Both the position numbers and the translations under genes were made by a program. This document shows positions 8,800 through 18,646 of a stretch of DNA of 64,000 nt, piece by piece. The DNA is from Deltaproteobacteria bacterium TL4 (GTDB lineage Bacteria > SAR324 > NAC60-12): contig JBBCAX010000084.1 in NCBI GenBank assembly GCA_051382335.1, positions 34,899 to 98,898 on the forward strand, written 5' to 3'. The notes under the pieces are model-generated. The model saw nothing but the letters and a program-made list of their open reading frames with translations. It was not told the DNA's origin and ran no database searches. The number at the start of each line of letters is the position of its first letter. Positions within the stretch are counted from its first letter, which is position 1.

Positions 8800-10479
8800 T
8801 TACCCCAGAACTTCACTCAGAAGTGAGGGGATAATCACACGCAGTGCCAATATTTCTTCGGCCCCTTCAAAAATCGTTAACACTCGTGCATCTTGAAAAT
8901 AACGAGATACCGCAAATTCCTCAGCGTATCCCATTCCACCGTGAAGCTGTAAGGCTTCCCGCGTAACCCACTCCGCCTGTCGACACGCCAGGAGTTTGAC
9001 CATTGACGCTTCAATCTGTCCTTGATTCCGGTTCATTAACTTCGCCGCTTTGTAAGTTAACTGCCGACAAGCCTGAATGATCATGGCCATCCTCGCAATT
9101 TTGAGCTGACTGAGACCATACTCCAACAAGGGTTTTCCAAAAACATAACGATCTTTAGCATATTGCGTCCCTGCTTCATATGCCGCCTGCATCAAACCTA
9201 GAGCGCGTGCCGCCGTCTGCAGCCGTCCTCCGGAGAATCCGGCCATTTGCATATAAAATCCTTTTCCCAAACCTTCCTTACCTCCGATTTGGTTTTCCGC
9301 GAGAACAAAGTAGTTTTCGAAGTTCACTTCGTATGAATGCATTCCCCGGTATCCCATCGTGGCGATCGCCCGTCCGGAAATATGCCCGCCTCCGGGCTGG
9401 GTATGTTCAAAGTCATGTCCTTCAAATGTCGGTTTTTCCGCGATAAATAAAGACAACCCTTTGTGCGTTAACGCAGGATCTTCTTCCGATCGTGCGAGAA
9501 CCATCAAAATATCGGCTCTTCCGGCAAAAGTACACCAGGTTTTTACCCCATTGATGAGCCAGCCGCCTTCAGTCGGTCTAGCGGTTACCGTAATTCCCGC
9601 GACATCGGAACCATGATTGGGCTCTGTGACCGCAACAGCGGCAAAACGTTCTCCTGTTGCTAATAAAGGCAACCATTTTTGTTTTTGTGCCTCAGTTCCC
9701 CCTTTAAGCAAGGCCTTCGATAAAATTTCAGGTCGGGTGATCAAACTGCCGATAATCATGGCACCCCGAGAGAGTTCTTCGGTCACAACGACAATACCCA
9801 CATTGTCTTCTTCTTCTGAAAAACCTCCATATTCTGCAGGTATGGAAAGCCCAAAACACCCCTGCTCCACGGCGCCCTTAACAATATTTTTAGGAATCAG
9901 CAGATCTTTACGATGAATTTCCTCAGCATGAGGTTTGACTTCTTTTTCAGCGAAAGCCCGGAACGTATCCATCATCAACCGATGATCCTCACTTAGATTG
10001 TAGGAACCACTGGACTGAAACTGATCCATCACTTTTAGAGTTAAGTGGGCGTATTCAGCACTGGTTGTCTCCTGGATAAATTTCTCGACGACTTTCTGTT
10101 GTTGAAACCGATAGAAGCCATCCAGCTTAACCCCTAACTGCAGTGCACAGGACACCGCTTCCGTTTCAATGGCCTGCAATGTCATCCCCATGTAGCCAAT
10201 GGCCAAGGTTTGCTCGACCTCTCCTGTCGTTGCATACTCCGCCATTTCATTTGCCGCCTGCCATTGGGCGTAAAGCATTGCGGACTTATAGGCTTCCTCC
10301 TGATGTTGATCAATCAACGAAGTGCTGACCCTCCCCTCTTTGGTGGTAAGCTCACGCAAACGCTGTAAAACGTCCTGTAGCAGAGCTCCCCCCTGAACTA
10401 AAAGTTCTTTCCCCACAGCCAAATAAGCTTTTCCATTTGCCGCGCCACTTAACGGACTTGCCTCAATATTCAAATTCAT
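8800..10479 (-). CDS. Acyl-CoA dehydrogenase, (2S)-methylsuccinyl-CoA dehydrogenase-like
   Basis: ACAD motifs TEPNHGSD, GVKTWCT, QLHGGMGY and IFEGAEEI; about 160-aa N-terminal extension; EELSRG..GSLITRPEI and GYRGM as in Mcd-type enzymes. Confidence 0.85.
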   Translation of the reverse strand: MNLNIEASPLSGAANGKAYLAVGKELLVQGGALLQDVLQRLRELTTKEGRVSTSLIDQHQEEAYKSAMLYAQWQAANEMAEYATTGEVEQTLAIGYMGMTLQAIETEAVSCALQLGVKLDGFYRFQQQKVVEKFIQETTSAEYAHLTLKVMDQFQSSGSYNLSEDHRLMMDTFRAFAEKEVKPHAEEIHRKDLLIPKNIVKGAVEQGCFGLSIPAEYGGFSEEEDNVGIVVVTEELSRGAMIIGSLITRPEILSKALLKGGTEAQKQKWLPLLATGERFAAVAVTEPNHGSDVAGITVTARPTEGGWLINGVKTWCTFAGRADILMVLARSEEDPALTHKGLSLFIAEKPTFEGHDFEHTQPGGGHISGRAIATMGYRGMHSYEVNFENYFVLAENQIGGKEGLGKGFYMQMAGFSGGRLQTAARALGLMQAAYEAGTQYAKDRYVFGKPLLEYGLSQLKIARMAMIIQACRQLTYKAAKLMNRNQGQIEASMVKLLACRQAEWVTREALQLHGGMGYAEEFAVSRYFQDARVLTIFEGAEEILALRVIIPSLLSEVLG

Positions 10480-10680
10480 GATACCTCATTAATCACGGTT
10501 GTTTTTGGCGCAAGCAGTCTCAATCCTCACCTACGCTCCCTCGTTGACGGGATGATAAAGTCGTCATGCCCGTTTCTTTGGTTGGACCAGGATGGCCATA
10601 ATGAATTTTTTTCAACTCGAAATGCGTTTTACGTCTCACAACAGTTTCATAAAATAAAAGAGTTCTTGATTGCTTGCAAG

Positions 10681-12339
10681 CTATTCCTGTGCCATGATCG
10701 CGTCAGCAAGTTCAGCGGAAGAACTAAAGCGTTGGGGTGTTTGGGAATTCTTCCACTGCAAATGAAAGTATTCATCTACCATATAGATCCGTCCGACAAC
10801 GTGATTTTCAGGATCTTTTAAAACGACAGCATAGCCAGGTTCACCTTCAACAATTTCGGTTGCCAACTCTAATTCATATTGAGAAATTTCGGTTGCCAGA
10901 TCCTTCATCGTGCCTAATAATCGATGTGATTGCCTGGCCAGCTTTTGTGTTACTTTTTTGATTTCTTTAAAAGACGCGAATTTTTGGATTCGATCATTCC
11001 ATACCAAAAAAAATGTTTTTGCATCCGTAAATACAAACGGAATACGTCCCATTTGTCTGGTGATTTCTTGAAGGAGCCCCTCCGTTTCTGGAGGCGTGGA
11101 ATTGGCCAGTCGCTGCAATTGCTCGTCAAACGGATAAACGTTAATTTCCAAATTGAGATCGGCGAGAAATTGATAAAGTTGTTTTTCCTCACCACGTTGC
11201 TTTTCCATGGCTTCTTCAGAAGGATAGAGCGTCTTTCCCTGCGGTAACCGACTAAAAAGATTTCCATCCCGCTGAACCTGTTTTTGCTCAGAAGTATTGG
11301 AAGCAATAAAACTCCCCAGGAACAGCAGAGCCAAAAGCATCAAGGCGCCCATTAATCTTATAAAATTTTTAAACGTCAACGTAGGAGCGGATTTTCGTGA
11401 GGCAGGATGGTGAATTCTATCATCCCTCATGAGTTGAAAAGATTCCTTGAGCATTTCCTTGAAAATAATAGGCTCCTCTCCATAAAAAAGTTGCAGTTGT
11501 TGAATCAATTGTTCGTTTCTTTGCTGGACTAATTTGATTTTATTCAATAATTCAAAACCCTGAGTTCGACGATAGACATCACGAACCGCTTCAACCAAGA
11601 GCGGAATCACAGGGTGCAACGTGAACTCTGTGTCGCTTTGAGTTGCCTCAGCGGCTTTATTCAACTGCCACTGATAAGTTAACTCCGCCTGCAGCAATTT
11701 AAAACATTGCAAGGACACTTGCCACCTGAGGCGGTTAAACATCGGAGGCACCAGTTCTTCTTCCTCAACGGTTTCCGCTTTTTCCTCAGAGGCGGACGAC
11801 TCTGGCGGCACCGTCTTTGCGCTTCTACGGTCTGCCTGCGGATGTTTCTTTGCGTCCAGGGATTTCTGTTTCGCTAAAAAAACCTTCCAGGTTTTCTTAA
11901 AATCGTTCCATATCTTTTGTAATTCGTAACTCAATTGAAACAGTTGATTGAACAACGGAGATATTGTCAAAAAAATCTCAGGTTTATTTTTGCCTAATTG
12001 ACGGGCACTCTTGTGAAACTCTTCCGTTTGACTTTGGAGTTCCGTGATCTGAGCTTCAAGGGCTTTCCACTCAGGCCCACTGATAGGACGTTTGTAATCT
12101 TCCGCGATCGGAAAAGCGAGGATCTCCAGCAACAGCACCTCATTCACCAGGGAATTCAAATCGATTTGTTCCGTTTTCAGAATGAACGTATCGATTTGTT
12201 GCTTAAGCTGCTTCCAGGATGTCTGAAGCTCTCCCGCGGAAATAGCAGAATCCGTTAACCTCAGGATCTCACTAAATTGACCTCCTGAGAGAGACACTAA
12301 GGCAGGCTGGGACACTTGAGAGGATTCTTCAGCAGTCAT
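10681..12339 (-). CDS. Hypothetical protein with one predicted TM helix
   Basis: 552-aa ORF with a helical N-terminal region and one hydrophobic segment LMGALMLLALLFLGSFIA; no family recognised. Confidence 0.7.
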   Translation of the reverse strand: MTAEESSQVSQPALVSLSGGQFSEILRLTDSAISAGELQTSWKQLKQQIDTFILKTEQIDLNSLVNEVLLLEILAFPIAEDYKRPISGPEWKALEAQITELQSQTEEFHKSARQLGKNKPEIFLTISPLFNQLFQLSYELQKIWNDFKKTWKVFLAKQKSLDAKKHPQADRRSAKTVPPESSASEEKAETVEEEELVPPMFNRLRWQVSLQCFKLLQAELTYQWQLNKAAEATQSDTEFTLHPVIPLLVEAVRDVYRRTQGFELLNKIKLVQQRNEQLIQQLQLFYGEEPIIFKEMLKESFQLMRDDRIHHPASRKSAPTLTFKNFIRLMGALMLLALLFLGSFIASNTSEQKQVQRDGNLFSRLPQGKTLYPSEEAMEKQRGEEKQLYQFLADLNLEINVYPFDEQLQRLANSTPPETEGLLQEITRQMGRIPFVFTDAKTFFLVWNDRIQKFASFKEIKKVTQKLARQSHRLLGTMKDLATEISQYELELATEIVEGEPGYAVVLKDPENHVVGRIYMVDEYFHLQWKNSQTPQRFSSSAELADAIMAQE

Positions 12340-12577
12340 AATTCACTTTGATCGAAGTAATTTGAAGCAGTTCTTCCCTGCTCATATCGCTATCTTTTAA
12401 TATTTGGTTTAACAGCCCCGATCCTATAGTTTCCCCTGAATGAACAGGTACTGTGGTACATCTTCCATCCGAATGCTGTAGGAAATGATGACTTCCACGA
12501 ATACGTATGACATCAAAACCCGCTTTACGTAAGGCTTTGATGAGTTTTTTTCCTGTCAATGATGGAAAGTTACTCAT
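12329..12577 (-). CDS. hicA: HicA family toxin
   Basis: LIKALRKAGF..IRIRGSHHFL..DGRCTTVPVH..IGSGLLNQILKD. Confidence 0.92.
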   Translation of the reverse strand: MSNFPSLTGKKLIKALRKAGFDVIRIRGSHHFLQHSDGRCTTVPVHSGETIGSGLLNQILKDSDMSREELLQITSIKVNYDC

Positions 12578-12786
12578 ACCTCAACCATCACCCGTTGAAT
12601 CCCAATAAAATCGGTCATCTCAGGTTCTTGTTGAACTTCCAGGCAGAGTAAAATAACCTCCTGAATCCGCTTCATCAAGGTATCCATCGATTTTGCCTGA
12701 GTGTGGCATCCCCTTAAAGACGGGACGGAGGCTACCCAGTACCCGTCTCGATCCTTCTCAATCACTACATGAAATTCTCGTTTCAT
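12574..12786 (-). CDS. hicB: HicB family antitoxin (short, no DNA-binding domain)
   Basis: VVIEKDRDGYWVASVPSLRGCHTQAKS; ATGA overlap with hicA. Confidence 0.92.
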   Translation of the reverse strand: MKREFHVVIEKDRDGYWVASVPSLRGCHTQAKSMDTLMKRIQEVILLCLEVQQEPEMTDFIGIQRVMVEV

Positions 12787-12808
12787 TTTGTTCCTCTTTT
12801 AAAATTTA

Positions 12809-12933
12809 TGGCTATAGTCATCGTTTCGCCAATGTCCCTTCGACTTCGCTCAGGGAACGCACTCGGAGGCTGAGCGGAGTCGAAGCCGGATTTCAAAGAT
12901 CGCTGCCTTTTGGCGAAACGATGACTATAGCCA
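12809..12933. mobile_element. MITE-like element A: 24-bp perfect terminal inverted repeats around a REP-like palindrome
   Basis: TGGCTATAGTCATCGTTTCGCCAA (12809-12832) / TTGGCGAAACGATGACTATAGCCA (12910-12933); inner CTTCGACTTCGCTCAG ... CTGAGCGGAGTCGAAG. Confidence 0.7.
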
Positions 12934-12944
12934 AATTTATTCTC

Positions 12945-12982
12945 AAAACGTACGGGCGAATAATCATTCGCCCGTACGTTTT
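12945..12982. repeat. REP-like perfect 17-bp hairpin
   Basis: AAAACGTACGGGCGAAT-aatc-ATTCGCCCGTACGTTTT. Confidence 0.85.
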
Positions 12983-12984
12983 TC

Positions 12985-13148
12985 TCAGTTGGAGACTGGG
13001 TTCCCACTCCTTTTCCGGTGGATTTTTCACAAACTGGAGACATCGGTCCTTATCCATTTCCCGAATTAAAAAAGCCTCAGGTTCCAAGCGCTGATAGGCA
13101 GAGGAGGTCACAATGAGGCTGGCGTTATAACTTGGTCAGTTCTTCTGA
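12985..13148 (-). pseudogene. Possible remnant of a class III adenylate/guanylate cyclase C-terminus
   Basis: ELTK/YNASLIVTSSAYQRLEPEAFLIREMDK joined directly to DRCLQFVKNPPEKEW. These resemble two normally separated segments of cyclase C-termini. Confidence 0.4.
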
Positions 13149-13323
13149 GGTTCATACATGGTCTCATGACCTGTTGTCAATCTCAAAGGATAGCTGTTGT
13201 CTTTTGAATAAGATACGCTAAGATTACAAAAAAATCTTTGCGTTTAACCGCAAATTGTCTAAGATCGATAACATGAAAAGCCTCATAATTGGCGAAAGAA
13301 TTGACTCAGGAGTTCTAAAAACG

Positions 13324-14370
13324 ATGATTGATCCGCGTATTCAGCAAACTGTAGAAATATTAAGTACTTTGGTAGAACCAAAACTCAAATGGAATATTAT
13401 TGCTCTTAATCTGGTAAAGCAACTTTTAATCCATGAAAATCAACTTCGGCTGGAAATCCATCTGGTTTCCAATGATCCTAAACTGACAGTACGCTTTCGA
13501 CAGGAGTGTCTCAAGGCTCTGGAGCCTTTGAATTTTGAGGCCATTCATCTTGATTTGCGTTTCGTGAATATTGCGGTTGAAGGGATTTCTGGAGTTAAGA
13601 ATATTGTATTGGTTGGCAGTGGTAAAGGAGGTGTAGGCAAGTCAACGATTGCCTCAAACCTGGCCCTCGCGCTTAAAGCGCAGGGAAAAAAGGTAGGCTT
13701 GATGGATGCGGATATCTATGGTCCCAGCATTCCCGTCATGATGGGCATTAAGCAACACCCCGAAGTGCTTCCCGATGAATATTTACTTCCGATTGAGGCA
13801 CATGGCGTCAAAGTCATGTCCATTGGTCTTTTGGTACCCGAAGGCAAGGCCTTACCGTGGAGGGGGCAAATGGCCAGTGGAACGCTCATCCAATTCATTA
13901 AAAAAACTTTTTGGGGAGATCTTGATTATTTAGTGATTGACCTTCCTCCAGGAACCGGAGACATTCAACTCACTCTGGCCCATAAAGTTCAGGCTCAAGG
14001 AATTGTGATTGTTTCTACACCGCAAGAAGTGGCCTTAGGGGACATTCGCAGAGCTGTGGATTTGTATCTGGAGCACAAAACACCGATTCTGGCCATTGTG
14101 GAAAACATGAGTGGCCTCATTTGTGAGAAGTGCGGTCATGAAAATCATCCCTTTGTTAAATCTCCAAGGGGCTTACAATTGGATGCAGCCTTCTACTTAC
14201 AACTGCCATTGCACGCAGAAGTCAGCCGTTGTGGAGATTCAGGACGCCCTATGGTGATCAGTCACCCAACCCATGAGATCTGTGAAAAGTTTAAGCTATT
14301 GGCACGGGAAATTACGCAGACCTGCGAATCCAGGAAGAAGTCTGACGTTGCCTTTCAAACAGAGGCTTAA
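13324..14370 (+). CDS. mrp: Mrp/ApbC/NBP35 Fe-S carrier ATPase
   Basis: SGKGGVGKST, DADIYGPS, DLPPGTGD, ENMS...CEKC; AGGAG upstream of ATG 13324. Confidence 0.92.
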   Translation: MIDPRIQQTVEILSTLVEPKLKWNIIALNLVKQLLIHENQLRLEIHLVSNDPKLTVRFRQECLKALEPLNFEAIHLDLRFVNIAVEGISGVKNIVLVGSGKGGVGKSTIASNLALALKAQGKKVGLMDADIYGPSIPVMMGIKQHPEVLPDEYLLPIEAHGVKVMSIGLLVPEGKALPWRGQMASGTLIQFIKKTFWGDLDYLVIDLPPGTGDIQLTLAHKVQAQGIVIVSTPQEVALGDIRRAVDLYLEHKTPILAIVENMSGLICEKCGHENHPFVKSPRGLQLDAAFYLQLPLHAEVSRCGDSGRPMVISHPTHEICEKFKLLAREITQTCESRKKSDVAFQTEA

Positions 14371-14399
14371 ATCAATACGTTTTATCAAAAGGGAAGACT

Positions 14400-15338
14400 A
14401 TGCCTTTAAATATCCTTGTGGTTGATGACCAGGCCATGATCCGAAACATTCACACCCAAATGCTGATTGATGGAGGACACTCCATTCAAACGGCAACCAA
14501 TGGTCAGGAAGCACTCGATTGTTTTCTGCAGGCCCAAAAGGAAAAGCCTTTTGACTTGGTTATGACTGATGAAGAAATGCCCGTCATGACAGGCTTGGAG
14601 TTAGCAAGGAAACTCTATAGTAAGGTGCCAGGATTACCCATTGTCATGATTTCCAGCGTTGAAGATGTCAACTTAATGATTTCATTAATGCGTATGGGTA
14701 TTTCCTTTTTTCGAAAACCTCTTCGCAAACAGGACATAGAACGGTTTTTAGAAGCGACAGAAAAACAAATCAAAATCAATAAACAACGTGAGCAAGAACA
14801 AGAAGGCCACAAAAAAGTAGAAGCGTTGGTTACCTCCACAACCTTCACCTTACACCTGCCTAATGACAAAGAACTCTCGCCTCCCGTCATCAAATATGTT
14901 CTGGATGCGTGCGAAGCAAATCAAATCAGTGAACAGATCACCTTTCGGGTTCACTTTGGACTGGAAGAAACCCTGATTAACGCCATGGCTCATGGTAACT
15001 TGGAGATGGGAAGCGCTGAGTTTAAAAAGGAAGGAAACTTTGAACTGTGGGAGACCGAACTCATCAGACGCTCAGAAATAATGCCTTACAAAGATCGTAA
15101 AGTTAAAGTCCATGTTCGGATTGACAGAGGGAAAGAAGTCCGGCTAATGATAGAAGACCAAGGGAAGGGCTTCAATCACGAAGCCGTCTTGGCAAAAATC
15201 AGCGCAGACGATATCTATCAAGCTTATGGCAGGGGTTTGATCATGCTCAAAGGGATGTCTGATGCGCTAGAATACAATACCAAGGGAAACTGCGTCTACA
15301 TGACCTTCATTGAACCTGAGCCAGAAGACAAAACGTAA
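14400..15338 (+). CDS. Response regulator with a C-terminal RsbW-like (HATPase_c_2) anti-sigma kinase domain
   Basis: Receiver motifs ILVVDD, DEEMPVMTG and KP; kinase motifs EETLINAMAHGN, IEDQGKGF, GRGL and YNTKGN. Confidence 0.88.
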   Translation: MPLNILVVDDQAMIRNIHTQMLIDGGHSIQTATNGQEALDCFLQAQKEKPFDLVMTDEEMPVMTGLELARKLYSKVPGLPIVMISSVEDVNLMISLMRMGISFFRKPLRKQDIERFLEATEKQIKINKQREQEQEGHKKVEALVTSTTFTLHLPNDKELSPPVIKYVLDACEANQISEQITFRVHFGLEETLINAMAHGNLEMGSAEFKKEGNFELWETELIRRSEIMPYKDRKVKVHVRIDRGKEVRLMIEDQGKGFNHEAVLAKISADDIYQAYGRGLIMLKGMSDALEYNTKGNCVYMTFIEPEPEDKT

Positions 15339-15386
15339 AGTCTGGCTCAGAAATCTGGTGGAACAAAACCAGGATACCGACCTTTT

Positions 15387-15737
15387 CTAGGAAGAGGTGA
15401 GTGCTTCCCTGACAGTGCTGATATTCAACAGTTTCAATACACCACTGGCTTGTAATACATTCAAAACTTTATCTGTTAATTCACAAACAAACAGTTTCTT
15501 CTCCATTTTTTTCAAACTTATATGTTTGCCACAAATCCACCCAATCCCTGAGGAATCCATTTCATAAAGATGCTCACCATCAATGACCAAGCCTTGTAAA
15601 GTCTTGTCCGTTTTAACTTCTTCCAACAAAGGCAGGGTATACTTATTCAGTTGACTAACAGTGCTCTGTTCAAGACGTCCAGTAATCACCAGAACAATCA
15701 TTTTACTGTCTTTGTCCTTGTAATGCGTCATTTCCAT
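15387..15737 (-). CDS. STAS-domain anti-sigma factor antagonist
   Basis: 116 aa; ITGRLE and MDSSGIG phospho-Ser motif. Confidence 0.88.
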   Translation of the reverse strand: MEMTHYKDKDSKMIVLVITGRLEQSTVSQLNKYTLPLLEEVKTDKTLQGLVIDGEHLYEMDSSGIGWICGKHISLKKMEKKLFVCELTDKVLNVLQASGVLKLLNISTVREALTSS

Positions 15738-15946
15738 CGCTTCAACTCCAGGTTCTATTGGTTACGTGAGGATCAAATCTTGATTTATTTGAATCATTCC
15801 CTTTGTTTTTTATGTCAAATACGTTATCTCTAAAGTAAACCATAATTTTTATTATCCTTAATCTAGCTCAATGGCAAGCTTGTCTTCTTTAGAATTTAGT
15901 TCTATGAATAATCATGTGAGGATGTCTAACGCGCGGAAGGAGACTC

Positions 15947-17089
15947 ATGATAGCAAAAATGTATAAAAACCGAGCGGAACTTGGGGAAAAGTTCTTTCTT
16001 TCGGTTGTCAACGTGACAGAACGCACGGTCCGGGGGGATTCGATGAAATTGATTGATAAAACGCCTTTTGATGTAATTCATGAGGATGGATTGCTGAGCG
16101 TAAGACATTACCCCCGTCTTCAAAAAGATGAAATCACGATGGGTGAGGAGAACATCCCTGTACTTCATCGTGTCCATCGAACACCTCTCATTTTGGTTCC
16201 TCCCTTGGCGGTAGGAGCGTTTATTTTTGATCTATATCCCGCCCGAAGCCTGGTAAGTTACTTCTTGGCGCAGGGGTTTGACCTATACCTCATCAACTGG
16301 GGAAATCCTGACAAGGATCATTCTCACCTGTCCTTTGAAAAATATGTCCTGGACTGGATGCCTCAAGCTTTGAAGGAAATCCGGGAGCACAGTGGTAAGG
16401 AGGACGTTTCTTTGTTAGGTTATTGTATGGGAGGATTATTTTCCCTGATCTACACCGCGGTACATCACGATGCTAAGGTTCGCAACATCATCACCATCGC
16501 CAGCCCTATTGACATGCATCAAATGGGAGCCGCAGGAAAGATTTTTTCCTTGACCTATCAACCCGCGCATCGTCTTGCCAGAGCGCTCAATTTTAGTATT
16601 TTGGATGTGGATCCTAAACATTTGCATATTTCAGGAAAGTTAGGGCATTTTGCTTTTTGGTTGACAAACCCCATTGGTAACTTGACCAGTACCTGGGATT
16701 TTATTCTGAATTTATGGGACCGTGAATATATGGTAAACCACGATTCTATGGGACATTGGTTTAGCAATATGCAGGATTACCCCGGAGCAACCATCAAGAG
16801 CCTGATAGTGCATATGGTACTTGACAATCAAATGGCAAAGGGCAAAATGCGTGTAGGTGCTCAAGAAGCAAGATTTGAACATATTCACAGTTCTCTGCTT
16901 TCGTTTGCGGGTGACGATGATAAAATCGTTCCTATTCGGTCCGCACGGAAAATACTGGATATCGTCGCCTCTGAAGATAAGGAATTTTATGTTGTTCCGG
17001 GAGGACATGCCGGCGTTTTCGCGGGGAGACGCTCTGTGCAGAATGTTTGGGCGGTCAGTGCGGAATGGCTGGCAAAACGTTCCAATTGA
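15947..17089 (+). CDS. phaC: PhaC class III-like polyhydroxyalkanoate synthase (alpha/beta hydrolase)
   Basis: PLILVPPL, DLYPARSLV, GYCMGG Cys lipase box, AGDDDKIV and GGHAG. Confidence 0.75.
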   Translation: MIAKMYKNRAELGEKFFLSVVNVTERTVRGDSMKLIDKTPFDVIHEDGLLSVRHYPRLQKDEITMGEENIPVLHRVHRTPLILVPPLAVGAFIFDLYPARSLVSYFLAQGFDLYLINWGNPDKDHSHLSFEKYVLDWMPQALKEIREHSGKEDVSLLGYCMGGLFSLIYTAVHHDAKVRNIITIASPIDMHQMGAAGKIFSLTYQPAHRLARALNFSILDVDPKHLHISGKLGHFAFWLTNPIGNLTSTWDFILNLWDREYMVNHDSMGHWFSNMQDYPGATIKSLIVHMVLDNQMAKGKMRVGAQEARFEHIHSSLLSFAGDDDKIVPIRSARKILDIVASEDKEFYVVPGGHAGVFAGRRSVQNVWAVSAEWLAKRSN

Positions 17090-17217
17090 AAGAGGCCTCC
17101 TCAGATCTCCCTGCTGTTTTTCGAAAACCTGAGAGATCTTTGCGTCAAAAGAGGAGATTATTTAATTCATGTTTCTGATGTTTTTTAGTTTCGATCATTT
17201 AAATTAAAGGAGTTACT

Positions 17218-18156
17218 GTGGCGGATTATAATAAATACAGGTTAGTCACCCGAAGCGATTTTGATGGACTCGTATGCGCGGTATTGCTTAAAGAATTGGA
17301 CATGATTGAGGAAATCTTATTTGTCCATCCTAAAGACATGCAAGACGGGAAAATTAAAATTACAGGCAATGACATCACTACTAATTTACCCTACGTCGAG
17401 GGGGTTTACATGGCCTTTGACCATCATTTCAGTGAAACCCTTCGAAGAGAAGGCCATCAACCGGACAATCATATCATTGATCCGGATGCCCCTTCCGCAG
17501 CCCGGGTTGTTTATGCTTATTACCAAAAGCAGAACCGTTTTCCGGCAGCGTGGGATGAGATGATGGTGGCGGTGGACAAAGCCGACTCTGCACAATATAT
17601 TCGTGATGAAATCCTGCATCCTCAAGGTTGGATCCTTCTGAACTACATCATGGATGCACGAACAGGTCTTGGTCGTTTTAGGAACTTCAGAGTCTCCAAC
17701 TATCAACTCATGATGCATTTGATTGACTATTGCAGGGAACATTCCATTGAAGAAATTCTGAATCTGCCGGATATCTTGGAGCGTGTGGATTTATACATGG
17801 ACCATCTGGAAAAATCCAAGGAGCAGATAAAGCGTTGTACCACGGTCAAGGGGCACGTTGGCCTTCTTGATCTAAGAAATGAAGAGACGATCTACTCGGC
17901 AAACCGTTTTATGATTTATGCCCTTTTTCCAAAAATTAAGGTTTCGATTCATGTGGTCTGGGGACTGAAAAAACAAAACGTTGCGCTCCCCGTTGGGAAA
18001 TCAATTCTTGACCGAACGTCAAAAACCAATATTGGGGAGTTATGCTTGAAATACGGAGGTGGCGGACATGCCAACGCGGGAACATGCCAGGTTGATAATG
18101 ACCAAGTCGAGCAAGTCCTGCGTGAATTGGTGGAACAAATTAATGCAGATGCTTAG
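17218..18156 (+). CDS. DHH/DHHA1 family phosphoesterase (nanoRNase/exopolyphosphatase-like)
   Basis: TRSDFDGL, FDHH and YGGGGHANAG. Confidence 0.88.
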   Translation: MADYNKYRLVTRSDFDGLVCAVLLKELDMIEEILFVHPKDMQDGKIKITGNDITTNLPYVEGVYMAFDHHFSETLRREGHQPDNHIIDPDAPSAARVVYAYYQKQNRFPAAWDEMMVAVDKADSAQYIRDEILHPQGWILLNYIMDARTGLGRFRNFRVSNYQLMMHLIDYCREHSIEEILNLPDILERVDLYMDHLEKSKEQIKRCTTVKGHVGLLDLRNEETIYSANRFMIYALFPKIKVSIHVVWGLKKQNVALPVGKSILDRTSKTNIGELCLKYGGGGHANAGTCQVDNDQVEQVLRELVEQINADA

Positions 18157-18440
18157 ATCCTTGTTTACTTGGTTGCTGTGAAACCGCACACTGTCGTGAA
18201 ATAGGTATCAGCTCCTTAAAAATTCTGTGAGCTTAGTGTCTTTTTCAACTGGGGCCAAAGTCTCAGAGGTCAGTTAACTGACAGCGACTTATCATTCGAC
18301 TACCGGGAGCACGAAGATTCACTAAGGAAGTTGTGGCTTTTCTTAGTGTTTCTTCCTGCTTCGATAGTTGCCCCTTTGGTGAGAACGCCTTGCCTTGAAA
18401 CTCCCTGTAAATTTTCAGAATTACCAACTCTTTATGAGTT

Positions 18441-18462
18441 CTTCATAATTTCTCCATAATTT
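18441..18462 (+). promoter_or_regulatory. 11-bp tandem direct repeat, possible OmpR-family regulator box upstream of the exporter operon
   Basis: CTTCATAATTT CTCCATAATTT (1 mismatch), about 185 bp upstream of the adaptor start. Confidence 0.4.
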
Positions 18463-18646
18463 TCTGTTAACTTAGGCTTATCTTCTGAATAATCGTCACG
18501 GTTCAGAAGTTGACTTAATTCGACGTTTGTTGACGGAGAATCATTTTACTGCAGGAAAGGAATTCTGCTGGAACGTTCGGGTATTTCAGTTCCAGGAGGA
18601 GAACCGGTGGAACTTAAAGAAAAAGGAACGCCATAAAAGGAACCCT

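Noticed and set aside
12693..13094. ORFs of 133 and 86 aa across the palindrome cluster
   Set aside because: They read through inverted repeats, and the repeated peptide GYSHRFA comes from the TIRs.
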